Shown piece after piece: positions 45,522 to 59,124 of a DNA stretch of 64,000 nucleotides. The stretch spans positions 1-64,000 of the forward strand of contig CAVUAK010000002.1 in the NCBI GenBank assembly GCA_963739455.1, given 5' to 3'. How positions within the stretch are numbered: position 1 is the first letter of the stretch; every line of letters starts with the position of its first letter. This DNA comes from an uncultured Gemmatimonadales bacterium (GTDB lineage: Bacteria; Gemmatimonadota; Gemmatimonadetes; Gemmatimonadales; GWC2-71-9). The position numbers and the translations under genes are program-made. The notes below the pieces were generated by a model. The model was not told where the DNA came from, did not search any database, and saw only the letters and a program-made list of their open reading frames with translations.

Positions 45522-46419
45522 GCTCCCGCGAAGTAAGGAGGAAGGGCACCGCCGCCCCGACCTCGGTGATCGTCAACATGACTCGTGACGCGATGGCCAG
45601 CGCCGCTGCACCCGGCGCGCCCAGCGTGCCCTGCAGCATCAGGATGAACACGCTCTCCCGCACGCCCAGCCCCGCCGGTGCCACCACCGCCAGCAGTCCC
45701 GCCACGTACGACGCGGCGAATGCGCCGATGCACTGCACCAGTGTGGGTGCCTGGTCGAACACCCCGCGTGCCAGCAGCCAGAGCGCGGCACCGTAGCCGC
45801 ACCACGCCAGGATGTTGGCCCCGGCCGCAGCCAGGAGGGCACCCGGTGCCGGCGCGGCCGGCGTGCCCGCCTTGAGTCGCGCCAGCGCCAGCACCCGCGC
45901 CACCGCGCCCGGCCACATGAGGAACAGGATGCCCGCGATGCTCACGCCAAGGAGCACCGCGAGCGCCACCCGGATCCATGGATACTGGGTCTCCAGCAGG
46001 GACGTGCCGGTGACGCCAACCACCACGGCACCCGCGGCCACCGAGAGCGCCTGGTTGAGCACCGCGGCACCCGTTGCCACCCAGGGCGCCACCCCCACCT
46101 GCCCCGACATCACGGCCATCCCGGCGATCGCCCAGACCTTCCCTGGCAGGTACTTGCCGAGGCTCGAGACGATCCAGATGCGCGCCGCGGCGCCGAGCGT
46201 CATGGCCTGGCCCCACCCGGTGACGAGCCCGCGCCAAGCCAAGATGAGTACCGCATACATCGTCCAGGTGAGGCACGCGCTCGCCACGAGCAGCAGCGGC
46301 TTGAAGTGCCACGCAACCGGTGCCCGCTGCGCGTCCGACCACGCGTGCCACAACTGTCGCAGTGCCAGCACCACCAGCAGTGTGCCCAGCGTCAGCCGGA
46401 CCATCTTCCATGCGCTCAC
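45502..46419 (-). CDS. Lysylphosphatidylglycerol synthase TM-domain (flippase-like) protein
   Basis: 'SLGKYLPGKVW', 'PAGLGVRE', 'ASRV'; GTG at 46419. Confidence 0.78.
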   Translation of the reverse strand: MSAWKMVRLTLGTLLVVLALRQLWHAWSDAQRAPVAWHFKPLLLVASACLTWTMYAVLILAWRGLVTGWGQAMTLGAAARIWIVSSLGKYLPGKVWAIAGMAVMSGQVGVAPWVATGAAVLNQALSVAAGAVVVGVTGTSLLETQYPWIRVALAVLLGVSIAGILFLMWPGAVARVLALARLKAGTPAAPAPGALLAAAGANILAWCGYGAALWLLARGVFDQAPTLVQCIGAFAASYVAGLLAVVAPAGLGVRESVFILMLQGTLGAPGAAALAIASRVMLTITEVGAAVPFLLTSREHVRAAS

Positions 46420-47559
46420 GTACGAAGCGCCTCGCTGATACCAGCCCTCGCACACCTCCGCCACCCGGGCGGGCGACAACTTGTGCCGCCACTCCGCGCC
46501 GGCTCGCCGCGCCAGTTCCGGCGTCTCCGGGTCCTGCAGCAGCCCCAGCGCCGCGTCGGCGATGGCCTCGCCCGACGGGATGACCAGCCGGCCGGCACCA
46601 TGCTCCGGCACCACATCGAGCACGCCGCCGCCGTCCCAGCACGACACCACCGGCACGCCGCGCATGAGCGCCTCCGCCGCCACCAGCCCGAAGCCCTCGC
46701 CCTCCGCCGGGAAGAGCATCAGGTCGGCGCGACAAAGCAGGTCGAGCACCTTGGTACGCGTGAGCCCGCCCGCGAAGGTCACCTGCGCGGACAGGTCGAG
46801 GGCGGCGGTGCGCTGCTCCAGCGCGGCGCGTTCCGGTCCGTCACCAATGATCGTCAGTGGCAGGCGCACGTCGAGGTCCCGAAGGCAGGCCAGCGCCTCG
46901 AGCGCCAGGTGCACCCGCTTCTGCGGCGTGAGGCGCGATACCACCATGAGCCCTGCCCCGCCGGTGGTCCAGCGATCGTCCGCCAGCGGCACCGGCATCG
47001 GCTGCACCCGTTCCGGCTCGATGAAGGTGCCGAGCGACTCGCGGATCGTCGTGGCGATGGGATGGGACACGGTGGTGACCACCCGCGCGCGGCGGAACAG
47101 CGGCCGTGCCAGCGTGCGCGCGAGCTTGGATTGCTGCAGCAGGCGCGCGTCGGTGCCATGCACCGTCAGCACCAGCGGCGCACTCGTGGGAGACGCGAGT
47201 CCGCCAGGTACCCACCAGTGCGCATGCACCAGCTGCGCACCCGCGGCGAGTTCGGCCTGCGTCGCGCGGCGCATGGCGCGCCACAGGCCGAACAGGGCGC
47301 GCATCCCGCCCTGCATCCGCACCGCGTCGAGCATGGTGCCGCGGTAGGCCAGCGTCTCGTTCTTCGGCTGTGCATACCGCACCCGCCGCACCGGAATGCC
47401 CTCCACCTCGGCGGGGCCGACATCGCCGGCATCGGACGGAGCCACGACCACCACTTCGACGCCGCGGGCCTGCAGCCCGTGCGCGAGCGGCACCAGGAAG
47501 TTCCCGGAGACGTCCCCGGGGAACCTGGGGAAGTTGTGGGTGAGGAACACGACCCGCAC
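46416..47559 (-). CDS. GT4 family glycosyltransferase (reads through into the next gene, probably by frameshift error)
   Basis: 'HAHWW', 'SRLTPQKR', 'GDGPER', 'EGFGLVAAEA'. Confidence 0.88.
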
Positions 47560-47561
47560 GG

Positions 47562-48518
47562 TCAGTCCCGCGGATCGCCCTGGGACCGGCGCGCGAGTTC
47601 CCGCGCGAGTGCGCGGTTCTCCTCCCGCATGCCGGCGATGAGCTCCCCAACGAAGCCGAAGCCGAAGAGGACGACGCCACAGATGACCATCGTCTCCACC
47701 AGGTTGAGCAGCGGCCGGAAGCCATAGCCGAAGCCGAACCGGAGGACGAGCGCCGTGATGCCCGCGAGGAGGCCCACGAGGAACAGCATCGCGCCGCCCA
47801 CGCCGAAGAAGAGCATCGGCTTCCGGCCGAAGCGGAGCTGGAACCAGACGGAGATGAGGTCGATGACACCCACCGGGATGCGGCGCCAGTTGAACTTCGA
47901 CGTGCCGTGCCGGCGTGGGTGCAGCGGAACCGGCCGCGAGTCGAGGCGGAATCCATCCACCGCCGCGATGACCACCATGTACCGGTGCCAGTCGGGCCGG
48001 AGGGGTACGTGGTCCATGACCTGGCGACGGAAAGCCTTGACGGAGTTCATGTCCGTCACTGTTACCCCGAAGAGCCAGCGACAGAGCCTGTTGTAGATCC
48101 CGGAGACGAACGCCTTGTCGTATTGCCCCTGCTTGGTGCCGGTCACCACGTCCGCCTGGCCCGCGAGGATCGGCGCAACCAGTTTCGGGATGTCCTCCGG
48201 CAGGTACTGCAGGTCGGCGGGATAGAACACGAAGACATCGCCGCGCGCCACGTCGCTCGCGGAGCGCAGCGCATCGGCGATGCCCCGCTGGGTACGGTGA
48301 TGCACCACCCGCAGGAACGAGTAGCGGGACGCCAGGTCGCTGAGCACCTCGGCGCTGTCGTCCCGGCTGCCGTCGTTCACCACGATCACTTCAGCCGTGA
48401 AGGGTGCGGCCCGCAGCGCCTCGTCGCAGAGGCGGGCGAACTCCGGCAGGTTCTCGACCTCGTCCTTGGCCGGCACGAGGACGCTCACGTCCACATGGGT
48501 GGCCGGCGAAAACGTCAT
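47562..48518 (-). CDS. GT2 family polyprenyl-phosphate glycosyltransferase (ArnC/GtrB-like)
   Basis: 'VNDGSRD', 'ADLQY', 'HPRRHGTSKF', two C-terminal TM helices. Confidence 0.88.
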   Translation of the reverse strand: MTFSPATHVDVSVLVPAKDEVENLPEFARLCDEALRAAPFTAEVIVVNDGSRDDSAEVLSDLASRYSFLRVVHHRTQRGIADALRSASDVARGDVFVFYPADLQYLPEDIPKLVAPILAGQADVVTGTKQGQYDKAFVSGIYNRLCRWLFGVTVTDMNSVKAFRRQVMDHVPLRPDWHRYMVVIAAVDGFRLDSRPVPLHPRRHGTSKFNWRRIPVGVIDLISVWFQLRFGRKPMLFFGVGGAMLFLVGLLAGITALVLRFGFGYGFRPLLNLVETMVICGVVLFGFGFVGELIAGMREENRALARELARRSQGDPRD

Positions 48519-50086
48519 ACCCGCTTTCGCATCCGAGCCGGCAGGATGCCAAGCTGGTCGCGGTACTTCGCCACCGTCCGGCGCGCGATCTGGATGCCCT
48601 GCTCCTGGAACAGGTGCACAATCTGCTGGTCCGTCAGCGGCTTCTTGGGGTCTTCCTCGGCCACCATCTTCTCCAGCTTCGCGCGGATACTGCGCGCGCT
48701 GGCATCCTCACCCGACGAGGTGGAGAGCGCACTGGAGAAGAAGAACTTGAGCGGCAGGACCCCGCGCGGCGTCTGCACGTACTTCTCGTTCGTCACCCGG
48801 CTCACGGTGGACTCATGCATGTTGATCACCTCGGCCACTTCGCGCAGGGTCAGCGGCTTGAGGTACTCGACGCCCTTCTCGAAGAAGTCACGCTGCCGGT
48901 CCACGATGAAGTTCATCACCTTGAGCATCGTCTGGCGGCGCTGCTCGATCGCCTGGATCATCCAGTTGGCGCTGTTCATCTTCTGCGCGATGAACTCGCG
49001 GTTCTCTGGTGTCAGCTTCTTCTTGTCGCGGGCGATCTCCTGGTAGGAGCGGCTCAGCCTCAGCCGGGGCACCCCGGTGTCGTTCAGGAACACCTTGTAC
49101 TGGCCATCGATCTTGTCCACCACCAGGTCGGGCAGGATGTACGCGTCGCCCTTCTCCGCATGCTTGAGGCCCGGCTTGGGATCGAAGCGTGCCAGCTCAT
49201 CGGCGGCCTGCTGCACCGCGGCAGGATCGACGTTGAAGCGCTTCGCCAGGTCGTTCCAGCGGTGCGCGATCAGGTCGGGGAATGCCTCGTCCACCAGCCG
49301 GTGGGTCAGGGCGGGCGTGCCCTTCGATTCGCGGAGCTGCAGCAGCAGGCACTCGCGCAGGTCACGGGCGCCGATGCCCGGCGGGTCCAGCTTCTGGATG
49401 ATGGCGAGCATCTGCTCCAGGTCCGCCATCGAGTAGAGCAGCTCGGGCGGAAGGTCGGCCCACGATGGCCTGGAAGGCAGGGCACCGTCCTCGGTCAGCA
49501 GTGCCGGATGTGCGTCCGGCGCCTCGTCCAGCACCTCGACGAACTCTTCCTCGTCCTCGTCGTCGCTGTTGCCGCCGTTCCGCGCCGCATGATGCGCGGC
49601 CATCAGGCTGTTCACCGAGTCGAGGATCTCGTCCAGCGACGCCGCGAGGTATCCGTCGTCGTTGATGTTGCCCACGAACTCCTCGGCCAGCAGCTGCTGC
49701 CGCGGCGTCAGGTCGAGCATCTGCAGCTGGTCCTGCAGGTGGTCCGCGAGGGTGGTGGTCTCGACCGTCACCGGCTCGGTGTATTCGAGTTGCTCATACT
49801 GTTCCCGCGTGCCGCCCACATCGAAGCCGTTGAGGAGGATCTCCTCCCAGTCCACCTCGTCTTCCTTCTGCTGCTGCTCCTTCTCCAGCTTGGTATCCGC
49901 CTGCTCCGGGTTCTCGTCTTCCTCCGGTTCCAGCAGCTCCAGGAACGGGTTGGCCAGCAGCTCCTGTTTCAGGTGCTGCTGCAGGTCCATCATGGGCATG
50001 TAGAGCATGTCCATGGCCTGGTAGAGCCGCGGGTTGACCCGCAGCTCCTGGCGCATCGATGTCTGCTGCGACAGCCCTGTTCTCAT
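48515..50086 (-). CDS. rpoN: RNA polymerase sigma-54 factor
   Basis: 'NPFLE', 'PPGIGARDLRECL', 'HESTVSRVT', RpoN box 'ARRTVAKYR'. Confidence 0.97.
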   Translation of the reverse strand: MRTGLSQQTSMRQELRVNPRLYQAMDMLYMPMMDLQQHLKQELLANPFLELLEPEEDENPEQADTKLEKEQQQKEDEVDWEEILLNGFDVGGTREQYEQLEYTEPVTVETTTLADHLQDQLQMLDLTPRQQLLAEEFVGNINDDGYLAASLDEILDSVNSLMAAHHAARNGGNSDDEDEEEFVEVLDEAPDAHPALLTEDGALPSRPSWADLPPELLYSMADLEQMLAIIQKLDPPGIGARDLRECLLLQLRESKGTPALTHRLVDEAFPDLIAHRWNDLAKRFNVDPAAVQQAADELARFDPKPGLKHAEKGDAYILPDLVVDKIDGQYKVFLNDTGVPRLRLSRSYQEIARDKKKLTPENREFIAQKMNSANWMIQAIEQRRQTMLKVMNFIVDRQRDFFEKGVEYLKPLTLREVAEVINMHESTVSRVTNEKYVQTPRGVLPLKFFFSSALSTSSGEDASARSIRAKLEKMVAEEDPKKPLTDQQIVHLFQEQGIQIARRTVAKYRDQLGILPARMRKRV

Positions 50087-50877
50087 GGACAGCCCCCCCA
50101 GCGCGCGCGCAGGCGTGCCGTAAGCGTGGGACCCAGGTAGAGGCGCGCGATTTCCTCATCGCACACGAGTTCCTTCACCGTGCCGGATTTCGCCACGCGA
50201 CCCTCGCTCATGATGTACGCCCGGTCGACGATATCGAGCGTCTGCTCGACATTGTGATCGGTGATCAGCACGCCGATGCCCCGGTGCCGCAGGCCGGCGA
50301 CGATACTCTGGATGTCGTGCACTGCAATCGGGTCCACCCCCGCGAACGGCTCGTCCAGCAGCATGAACTTGGGCTCGCTCACCAGCGCCCGGGTGATCTC
50401 CAGCCGGCGTCGCTCCCCGCCGCTCAGCGAATACGCCGGGCTCTTCCGCAGATGCGCGATCGACAGCTCCTCCAGCATCCGTTCCAGCAGCAGGGCCTGC
50501 TCCGCCTTCGGCAGGCGCCGGCGCTCGAGGATGGCGCGCACATTCTCCTCGACCGTCAGCTTGCGGAACACCGAGGGTTCCTGCGACAGGTACCCGATGC
50601 CATGCCGCGCACGCTTGTACATCGGCCACTTGCTGACGTCGGTGCCGTCCAGCACCACCCGCCCCGCTTCTGCCCGGATCAGGCCGACCATCAGGTAGAA
50701 CGTCGTGGTCTTGCCGGCGCCGTTTGGCCCCAGCAGCCCCACGATCTCGCCCTGGCGGAGCGACACCGACACGTCGTCGACCACCCGACGCCCGCGGAAA
50801 CTCTTGCTGAGCCCGATGCCCTCGACCAGCGCCGCACCGGTTCCGGCGCGTGCCGCCACTTGCTCGACTGCCGTCAC
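50083..50877 (-). CDS. lptB: LPS export ABC ATPase LptB
   Basis: '[11 protein letters not shown]', '[11 protein letters not shown]', '[10 protein letters not shown]', 'TDHNV'. Confidence 0.95.
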   Translation of the reverse strand: MTAVEQVAARAGTGAALVEGIGLSKSFRGRRVVDDVSVSLRQGEIVGLLGPNGAGKTTTFYLMVGLIRAEAGRVVLDGTDVSKWPMYKRARHGIGYLSQEPSVFRKLTVEENVRAILERRRLPKAEQALLLERMLEELSIAHLRKSPAYSLSGGERRRLEITRALVSEPKFMLLDEPFAGVDPIAVHDIQSIVAGLRHRGIGVLITDHNVEQTLDIVDRAYIMSEGRVAKSGTVKELVCDEEIARLYLGPTLTARLRARWGGCP

Positions 50878-52238
50878 GGCGGCGACGTCCGCGGCAACCC
50901 GATCGTTGGCGTTGAGAGGCTGGCGGGCGGCTTGATCTTCACCGGCTTGCTCGTCCCCGGCTCCAGCTGGAGTCCGTCGACATTGCCGAAGAGGTCCACC
51001 CGCTCCATGCCGCCTTCGCCGGTGGTCGCCATCTGCACCACGATGCGGTCAGCCCTGGCATAGGTGAGCGACGGCAGTGCCTTCTTCGTGCTGTCAACCG
51101 GCTTGTTCTTGTCGACCGCGCGATAGAACGACTTGGCCCCGTCCAGCGCCTCGAGCTGGTGCACCTTGCTGGTCGTCGAGCCCGCCGAGTCGCGTTCCAC
51201 AAAGCGGATGATCACCGTATCGCCCGCGACCCAGTCACGCTCGCCAGTCCCTGAATCGGGCTTGGTGCCCGCCCACGCATTGAAGAAGGCCCGCACTTCC
51301 TTGAGCACCCCTTTCGGCGTGTCGATCGCCAGGGAGTCGCCGCGCAGCTCGTAGTCGCCGGCCAGCCCGACTGGCCGACGTGTCTTCCCCCACGCCCTCG
51401 TGAGCTCGGCCTTCTTCTCCTTGAGCGCGATCGACACCGTGTCTCCGGTCAAGTCCACCTTGCCGGTCACGGCATGCGCACTGTCGAGCGCAATGATGCC
51501 GGTCAGGTCCTTCTCATCCAGCGTGAAGTCGATGCGCTTCCCCGTCAGGTCGAAGGTGTCCTTGCCGAACCCTCGCAGTGTTGGCTGGCCGCCGATCATC
51601 GAACCCTTGCCATCTTTGCCGGTGCGAAGCCATAGCGAGTCACCGCGCGCGGTGAGGTCGCTCCGGTCGATGGTGACCTTCCCGCCGGCCCAGACCTGGT
51701 TCTCGCCCTTCTGCCGGATCCGGTCGCCCACGATGATGTACGGCTCTGCCTTGGCACCCGACGAGTCCTTCGGGATGTAGCGGATCGTGGGGCGGCCGAT
51801 GGACCAGGTCTCCACGGTGTCGCGCACGCCGGCCACCGCCCGCAGGTAGTCGAGGCTTGGCCCATCCATCGTCGAGCCGGTCGAAAGGTTGACCGTGTGC
51901 ACCTTGCCTCGCGCTTCCCATCGCTCGCCGTCCTTGTAGTAGGTGCCGTTCTCGGCATCCATGGTGACGGTCGAGTCCTTGTAGCGCACGTTACCGATGA
52001 ACTGGACGACTGTACCGGCGTAGGCGGCAACGCTGTCGCTCTTCATCGAGATCGCCGTGCCGGCACAGGTGATGAGCACCCCGCCGCCGGCGAAGTAGTT
52101 GTCGCCGACCATGGTCGGGACCTTCCGGCCGCTGTCGCCCACGAACTGGATGCGGAAGCGGCACTTCTTCGTGTCCTGCGCCGAGAGTGCGCCCGCAGCA
52201 CCCAGCATGAGCAGCGCCGTCAAGAGCGTTCGCCTCAC
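50874..52238 (-). CDS. Long LptA/OstA-like beta-jellyroll protein
   Basis: Signal peptide, recurring 'GDS/GDT' beta-strand motifs, position between lptC and lptB. Confidence 0.72.
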   Translation of the reverse strand: MRRTLLTALLMLGAAGALSAQDTKKCRFRIQFVGDSGRKVPTMVGDNYFAGGGVLITCAGTAISMKSDSVAAYAGTVVQFIGNVRYKDSTVTMDAENGTYYKDGERWEARGKVHTVNLSTGSTMDGPSLDYLRAVAGVRDTVETWSIGRPTIRYIPKDSSGAKAEPYIIVGDRIRQKGENQVWAGGKVTIDRSDLTARGDSLWLRTGKDGKGSMIGGQPTLRGFGKDTFDLTGKRIDFTLDEKDLTGIIALDSAHAVTGKVDLTGDTVSIALKEKKAELTRAWGKTRRPVGLAGDYELRGDSLAIDTPKGVLKEVRAFFNAWAGTKPDSGTGERDWVAGDTVIIRFVERDSAGSTTSKVHQLEALDGAKSFYRAVDKNKPVDSTKKALPSLTYARADRIVVQMATTGEGGMERVDLFGNVDGLQLEPGTSKPVKIKPPASLSTPTIGLPRTSPP

Positions 52239-52810
52239 GTTGTGTCCGGCTTCTGCCCTGGAAGGTCGAAGCCCTCGCCGCTGGTCTGTCCGCTCGGCTC
52301 ATTCACCACGATGTGCTCGAACCGCATGTCCGACCGGAAGCCCTTGCCCTGGAGGTGATCATCGGCCTTGTCGAACGTGAAGAAGAGCGGAGTCGTCAGC
52401 TCCTTCTTCGTTGCGTCATAGAAGAGCTGCTCCGACTTGAGCACCCGTCCATCGGCCGACCGGAGCACCACGTTGCTGTCGGCCGTCATGTTGCCGGTCT
52501 GCCACTTGTACGTGCCCACCTTCGAGGTAATCGTCGCGTTCGGCTTCCCGGCGCTGTCGATGAACACCAGCTTCATGTTGCGCAGCACCGTGGTCTGCGT
52601 CGGGTCGTAGAAGTACGCCGTATCGGCCGTCAGCTCTCCCTCGCGCACACCGTCGCGGGTGAGGAAGTGCACGAACCCGAACAGCACCTGGTCCGCCGAA
52701 TCAGACGCTGAAACGACGGTACTTGGCTTGACCCCGCCGGCCTCATTACAGGCCGCGAAGCCGCTGCATCCCAGGACCAGCGCCAGCACACCGAGACGGC
52801 TGGCGATCAC
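52235..52810 (-). CDS. lptC: LPS export protein LptC
   Basis: N-terminal anchor/lipobox, 'LKSEQLFYD', 'GKGFRSD'; downstream of kdsD. Confidence 0.8.
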   Translation of the reverse strand: MIASRLGVLALVLGCSGFAACNEAGGVKPSTVVSASDSADQVLFGFVHFLTRDGVREGELTADTAYFYDPTQTTVLRNMKLVFIDSAGKPNATITSKVGTYKWQTGNMTADSNVVLRSADGRVLKSEQLFYDATKKELTTPLFFTFDKADDHLQGKGFRSDMRFEHIVVNEPSGQTSGEGFDLPGQKPDTT

Positions 52811-53769
52811 ACCGCCCCCGCGCGCATGAGGTCGTGCAGGTGCACCACGCCCACGATCACGTCCTCGTCCAGCACCGGGAGCGCCATGATGCCCTTCCGC
52901 TCCATGAAGCCAAGCGCGGCAGCGCCCAGGTCATCCGGACCACAACTGTGCGGCGAGTCCGTCATGACCTCTTCCACCGGCTGGTCGAAGTAGTCCTGGT
53001 CCTTCCCGGCGAGGCGCGTCAGGTCGCCGGCAGTGAAGACGCCCAGCAGGTGGTTGTCTCGGCTTACGAGCGCGATACCACGATGCCGGGCAAGCTCGAT
53101 GATGACCTCGCGCATGGGTGCCTCGGGGGCCACCAGTCCCTGCGGCGGCAACATCACGTCGCTCACGCGAACCAGGAGCCGTCGGCCCAGGCGGCCACCC
53201 GGATGCAGTTCCGCGAAATCCTCCGGCCGGAACCCCTTCTCCATGAGCAGCGCCACCGCCAGCGCATCACCGAGGGCCAGCGCCACCGTGGTACTGGATG
53301 TCGGTGCCAGGTCGTGCGGGCACGCCTCCTCGCTGACGGACGCGTCCAGCACCGCGGTGGCCACCTTGCCCAGGAACGAGCCCGGTGCGCCGGTGATCGC
53401 GATGATCGGCACGCCCTTCCGTTCCAGCGACGCGAGCAGGCCGTCGAGGTCGCTCGACTCGCCACTCTTGCTGAGCACGATGGCGACATCCTCGCTGCCC
53501 ACGATGCCGAGATCGCCGTGCAGGCTGTCCACCGGGTGCAGGTACGTGGCAGGAGTCCCGGTGGAGGTGAGTGTCGCGGCCAGCTTGCGCGCGATGAGCC
53601 CCGACTTGCCTACTCCCGACACGATGACCCGACCGCCGCGTGCTGCGAGCAGTTCCACGGCGCGGGCAAATCGCGCGTCGAGGCGACGTGCCGCCGCCGC
53701 CACCTCCGCCGCCTCGAGCTCGAGGACACGGCGGCCGGCGGCCAGCAGGGCATCAGGTGGCGTCGCCAC
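52807..53769 (-). CDS. kdsD: Arabinose-5-phosphate isomerase (SIS + CBS)
   Basis: 'GVGKSG', 'HGDLG', 'EACPHDLAPTSST', 'HPGGRLG'. Confidence 0.93.
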   Translation of the reverse strand: MATPPDALLAAGRRVLELEAAEVAAAARRLDARFARAVELLAARGGRVIVSGVGKSGLIARKLAATLTSTGTPATYLHPVDSLHGDLGIVGSEDVAIVLSKSGESSDLDGLLASLERKGVPIIAITGAPGSFLGKVATAVLDASVSEEACPHDLAPTSSTTVALALGDALAVALLMEKGFRPEDFAELHPGGRLGRRLLVRVSDVMLPPQGLVAPEAPMREVIIELARHRGIALVSRDNHLLGVFTAGDLTRLAGKDQDYFDQPVEEVMTDSPHSCGPDDLGAAALGFMERKGIMALPVLDEDVIVGVVHLHDLMRAGAV

Positions 53770-54309
53770 CGCGCTCACGGTAGTACCCGGCAAGAACGTG
53801 ATCCCATTCTCCTCGTGCCTTGAGCAATGCCTCGACCACTTCGCGTATCGCGCCGTGCCCGCCGCGCTGAGCGGTGACGAAACTGGCGATGGCCTTTACC
53901 TCGGGTACGCCGTTCATCACCGAGACCGGCATTCCCACCCGGCGCATCACCGGAACGTCGGCCAGGTCGTCGCCGACGTACAGCACCTCGCGCCAGTCGA
54001 CGCCCTTCTCTGCGAGGAGCGCCACCATCCGTGGCAGCTTGCGCGCGTTCGGGTCCTGGATGACGTCGGTAATTCCCAGCTCGCGTGCCCGGTGCGTGGT
54101 GGCGGCCGACTCGCGGCCGCTCAGGATCGCCACCGGGATCCTGGCAACGTGCAGGAGGTGGATGCCCACGCCGTCCTGCACATTGAAGCGCTTGAGCTCG
54201 ATCCGCTCACCCTGCGCCTCGCCGACGTACAGCTCGTTGTCGGTGAACACGCCGTCGACATCGAGCACCACGAGGCGAATACCGCGCGCCAGTACCGGGT
54301 CCATACCGC

Positions 54310-54313
<4 letters not shown>
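53753..54313 (-). CDS. kdsC: KDO-8-phosphate phosphatase
   Basis: 'DVDGVFTD', 'FNVQDG', 'GDDLAD', 'GGHGAIRE'. Confidence 0.93.
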
Positions 54314-57538
<3,225 letters not shown>

Positions 57539-57544
57539 CGACCC

Positions 57545-57574
57545 AACGTAAATAGATTCGGGTCTGTAGTCAAA
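57545..57574 (-). promoter_or_regulatory. Putative sigma70 promoter (leaderless) for the kdsB operon
   Basis: TTGACT-17 nt-TACGTT-6 nt-ATG on minus strand. Confidence 0.6.
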
Positions 57575-57606
57575 AGTCGTGCCGGACATCCGACACGACT
57601 CTTGAC
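57570..57606 (-). terminator. Long hairpin downstream of the glutamine amidotransferase gene
   Basis: Minus strand GTCAAGAGTCGTGTCGGA-TG-TCCGGCACGACTTTTGAC; fully paired with two G-U pairs. Confidence 0.65.
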
Positions 57607-57634
57607 AAAGCCTATCCTGCTGAATTGCCGAAGG

Positions 57635-58252
57635 TTAGGCGGACGTTTCAACCGGCGCTGGCAACGGGTAGCCCGCCAGCCGAAGGAAGTTGCCGATAAG
57701 CGACCGGCCGTGCTGGGTACCGACTGATTCCGGGTGGAATTGCACCCCGTGTACCGGCCGTGTCCGGTGTCGCACCGCCATGATCTCCTGCCCCGCCGGA
57801 CGGTCGGAGGACCAGCCGCATACCTGGAGGTCGGGGGTTACGGTTGCCGGGGCAATGACCAGGGAGTGATAGCGCATCACGGTGAGGGGGGACGGCACCC
57901 CTGCGAACAGCTCGACCCCGTCGTGCACCACATCCGTGGTCTTGCCATGCATCAGCCGGTCCGCCCGGACCACCGTTGCCCCGAACGCCTCACCGATCGC
58001 TTGATGTCCCAGGCAGACCCCGAGGAGGGGCACCCCCGCTGCCGCGGCGGCCCGGACGAGCGGCACCGAAATGCCCGCTTCTGCAGGCGTGCAGGGTCCC
58101 GGCGAGATGATGATGGCCCGCGGCGTCAGACCGATGGCCTGCTCGACGCTGAGGGCATCGTTCCGGTATACCACCGGCGATACCCCCAGTTCACCGGCGT
58201 ACTGGACGATGTTGTAGGTGAAGCTGTCGTAGTTGTCGAGGATCAGGAGCAC
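57635..58252 (-). CDS. Aminodeoxychorismate/anthranilate synthase component II (PabA/TrpG)
   Basis: 'DNYDSFTYN', 'SPGPCTP', 'GVCLGHQ', 'RYHSL', 'QFHPES'. Confidence 0.95.
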   Translation of the reverse strand: MLLILDNYDSFTYNIVQYAGELGVSPVVYRNDALSVEQAIGLTPRAIIISPGPCTPAEAGISVPLVRAAAAAGVPLLGVCLGHQAIGEAFGATVVRADRLMHGKTTDVVHDGVELFAGVPSPLTVMRYHSLVIAPATVTPDLQVCGWSSDRPAGQEIMAVRHRTRPVHGVQFHPESVGTQHGRSLIGNFLRLAGYPLPAPVETSA

Positions 58253-58256
58253 GCGC

Positions 58257-59012
58257 TCAGTTCACCTTGACCCTGATCTTCGGCTTGGACGGATTGGGGT
58301 GCGGGTTCGGATTTGGGTGTGGCGTCCCCTGGGCTCCCGACCGGATGGAATCGGCCCGCACCTCTGCCATCGCGCGAATTGAGTCGGCGCGCGCCTCAGC
58401 AGCGTTGCGGAACGAGTCTGCTCGCTGTTCCGCTGCATTGCCCATCGACTCCGCCGCCTGCTGAATCGAGTCGGCCATCTTCTCGTACACGGCGCTGATC
58501 GAGTCGGCCGTCGCATCGTTGCTGCCGTGCATGTCGCCGTCGAAGTTCTTCAGCGCGTCGGCGCCCGAGAGCAGGACATAGCTGTTGCCGCGCTGGGTCT
58601 CGATGCTGCCGAGCGGGGCGAGGTTCTTTCCCGCCGTGTCCTTCGCGGTGGCGCAGTAGAACGTGGCGTTCGGGTTGATGTGCTTCACCTGGAAGTTCAT
58701 TCCATTGTCGCCCGCGACCAGGATGCACTGGCTCAATTGGTCGTCCCCGATGGAGTCAGCCAGCTTGACCCGGAAGTTGACCGCCTCGACCTGCTTGGGG
58801 CTGCTGCGCATGATCTGCAGCCGGCTCAGTGTGCCCAGGTCGCGCCCGTCCACCTTGAAGGGGATGAACGCCAGCGGAATGGTGATCGGCGCATCGCTCT
58901 CGGCGATACGCTCCACCCGGCGCTTGCCGCTCCGGGCCATGTAGAAGATCGATGTCCCGCCGATGAAGATGGCGAGGGCGCCCAGGATGATCTTCAGCCA
59001 GTATCTGCTCAT
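58257..59012 (-). CDS. Membrane-anchored hypothetical protein with ADS-repeat helical tail
   Basis: ATG at 59012, TM 'WLKIILGALAIFIGG', repeated ADS(I/F), Pro-rich end. Confidence 0.75.
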   Translation of the reverse strand: MSRYWLKIILGALAIFIGGTSIFYMARSGKRRVERIAESDAPITIPLAFIPFKVDGRDLGTLSRLQIMRSSPKQVEAVNFRVKLADSIGDDQLSQCILVAGDNGMNFQVKHINPNATFYCATAKDTAGKNLAPLGSIETQRGNSYVLLSGADALKNFDGDMHGSNDATADSISAVYEKMADSIQQAAESMGNAAEQRADSFRNAAEARADSIRAMAEVRADSIRSGAQGTPHPNPNPHPNPSKPKIRVKVN

Positions 59013-59049
59013 TGTCCCACCCGTCTCAGGTCTCGATGTTGCATTCAGG

Positions 59050-59076
59050 GACGTTAAAGCCGTGCATAAGGTTTCA
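59050..59076 (-). promoter_or_regulatory. Putative ECF sigma promoter
   Basis: TGAAAC-17 nt-CGTC on minus strand, 38 nt upstream of ATG 59012. Confidence 0.45.
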
Positions 59077-59124
59077 CCAGCGACTGCATTGTAAGATAGG
59101 GCCTTACGACCACGGGAGGCATCG

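Noticed and set aside
45502..47559. 685-aa GT4-flippase fusion ORF
   Set aside because: The junction contains a typical GTGA stop/start overlap (46416-46419) one frame off ('EALRT*'). An insertion error probably caused the read-through.
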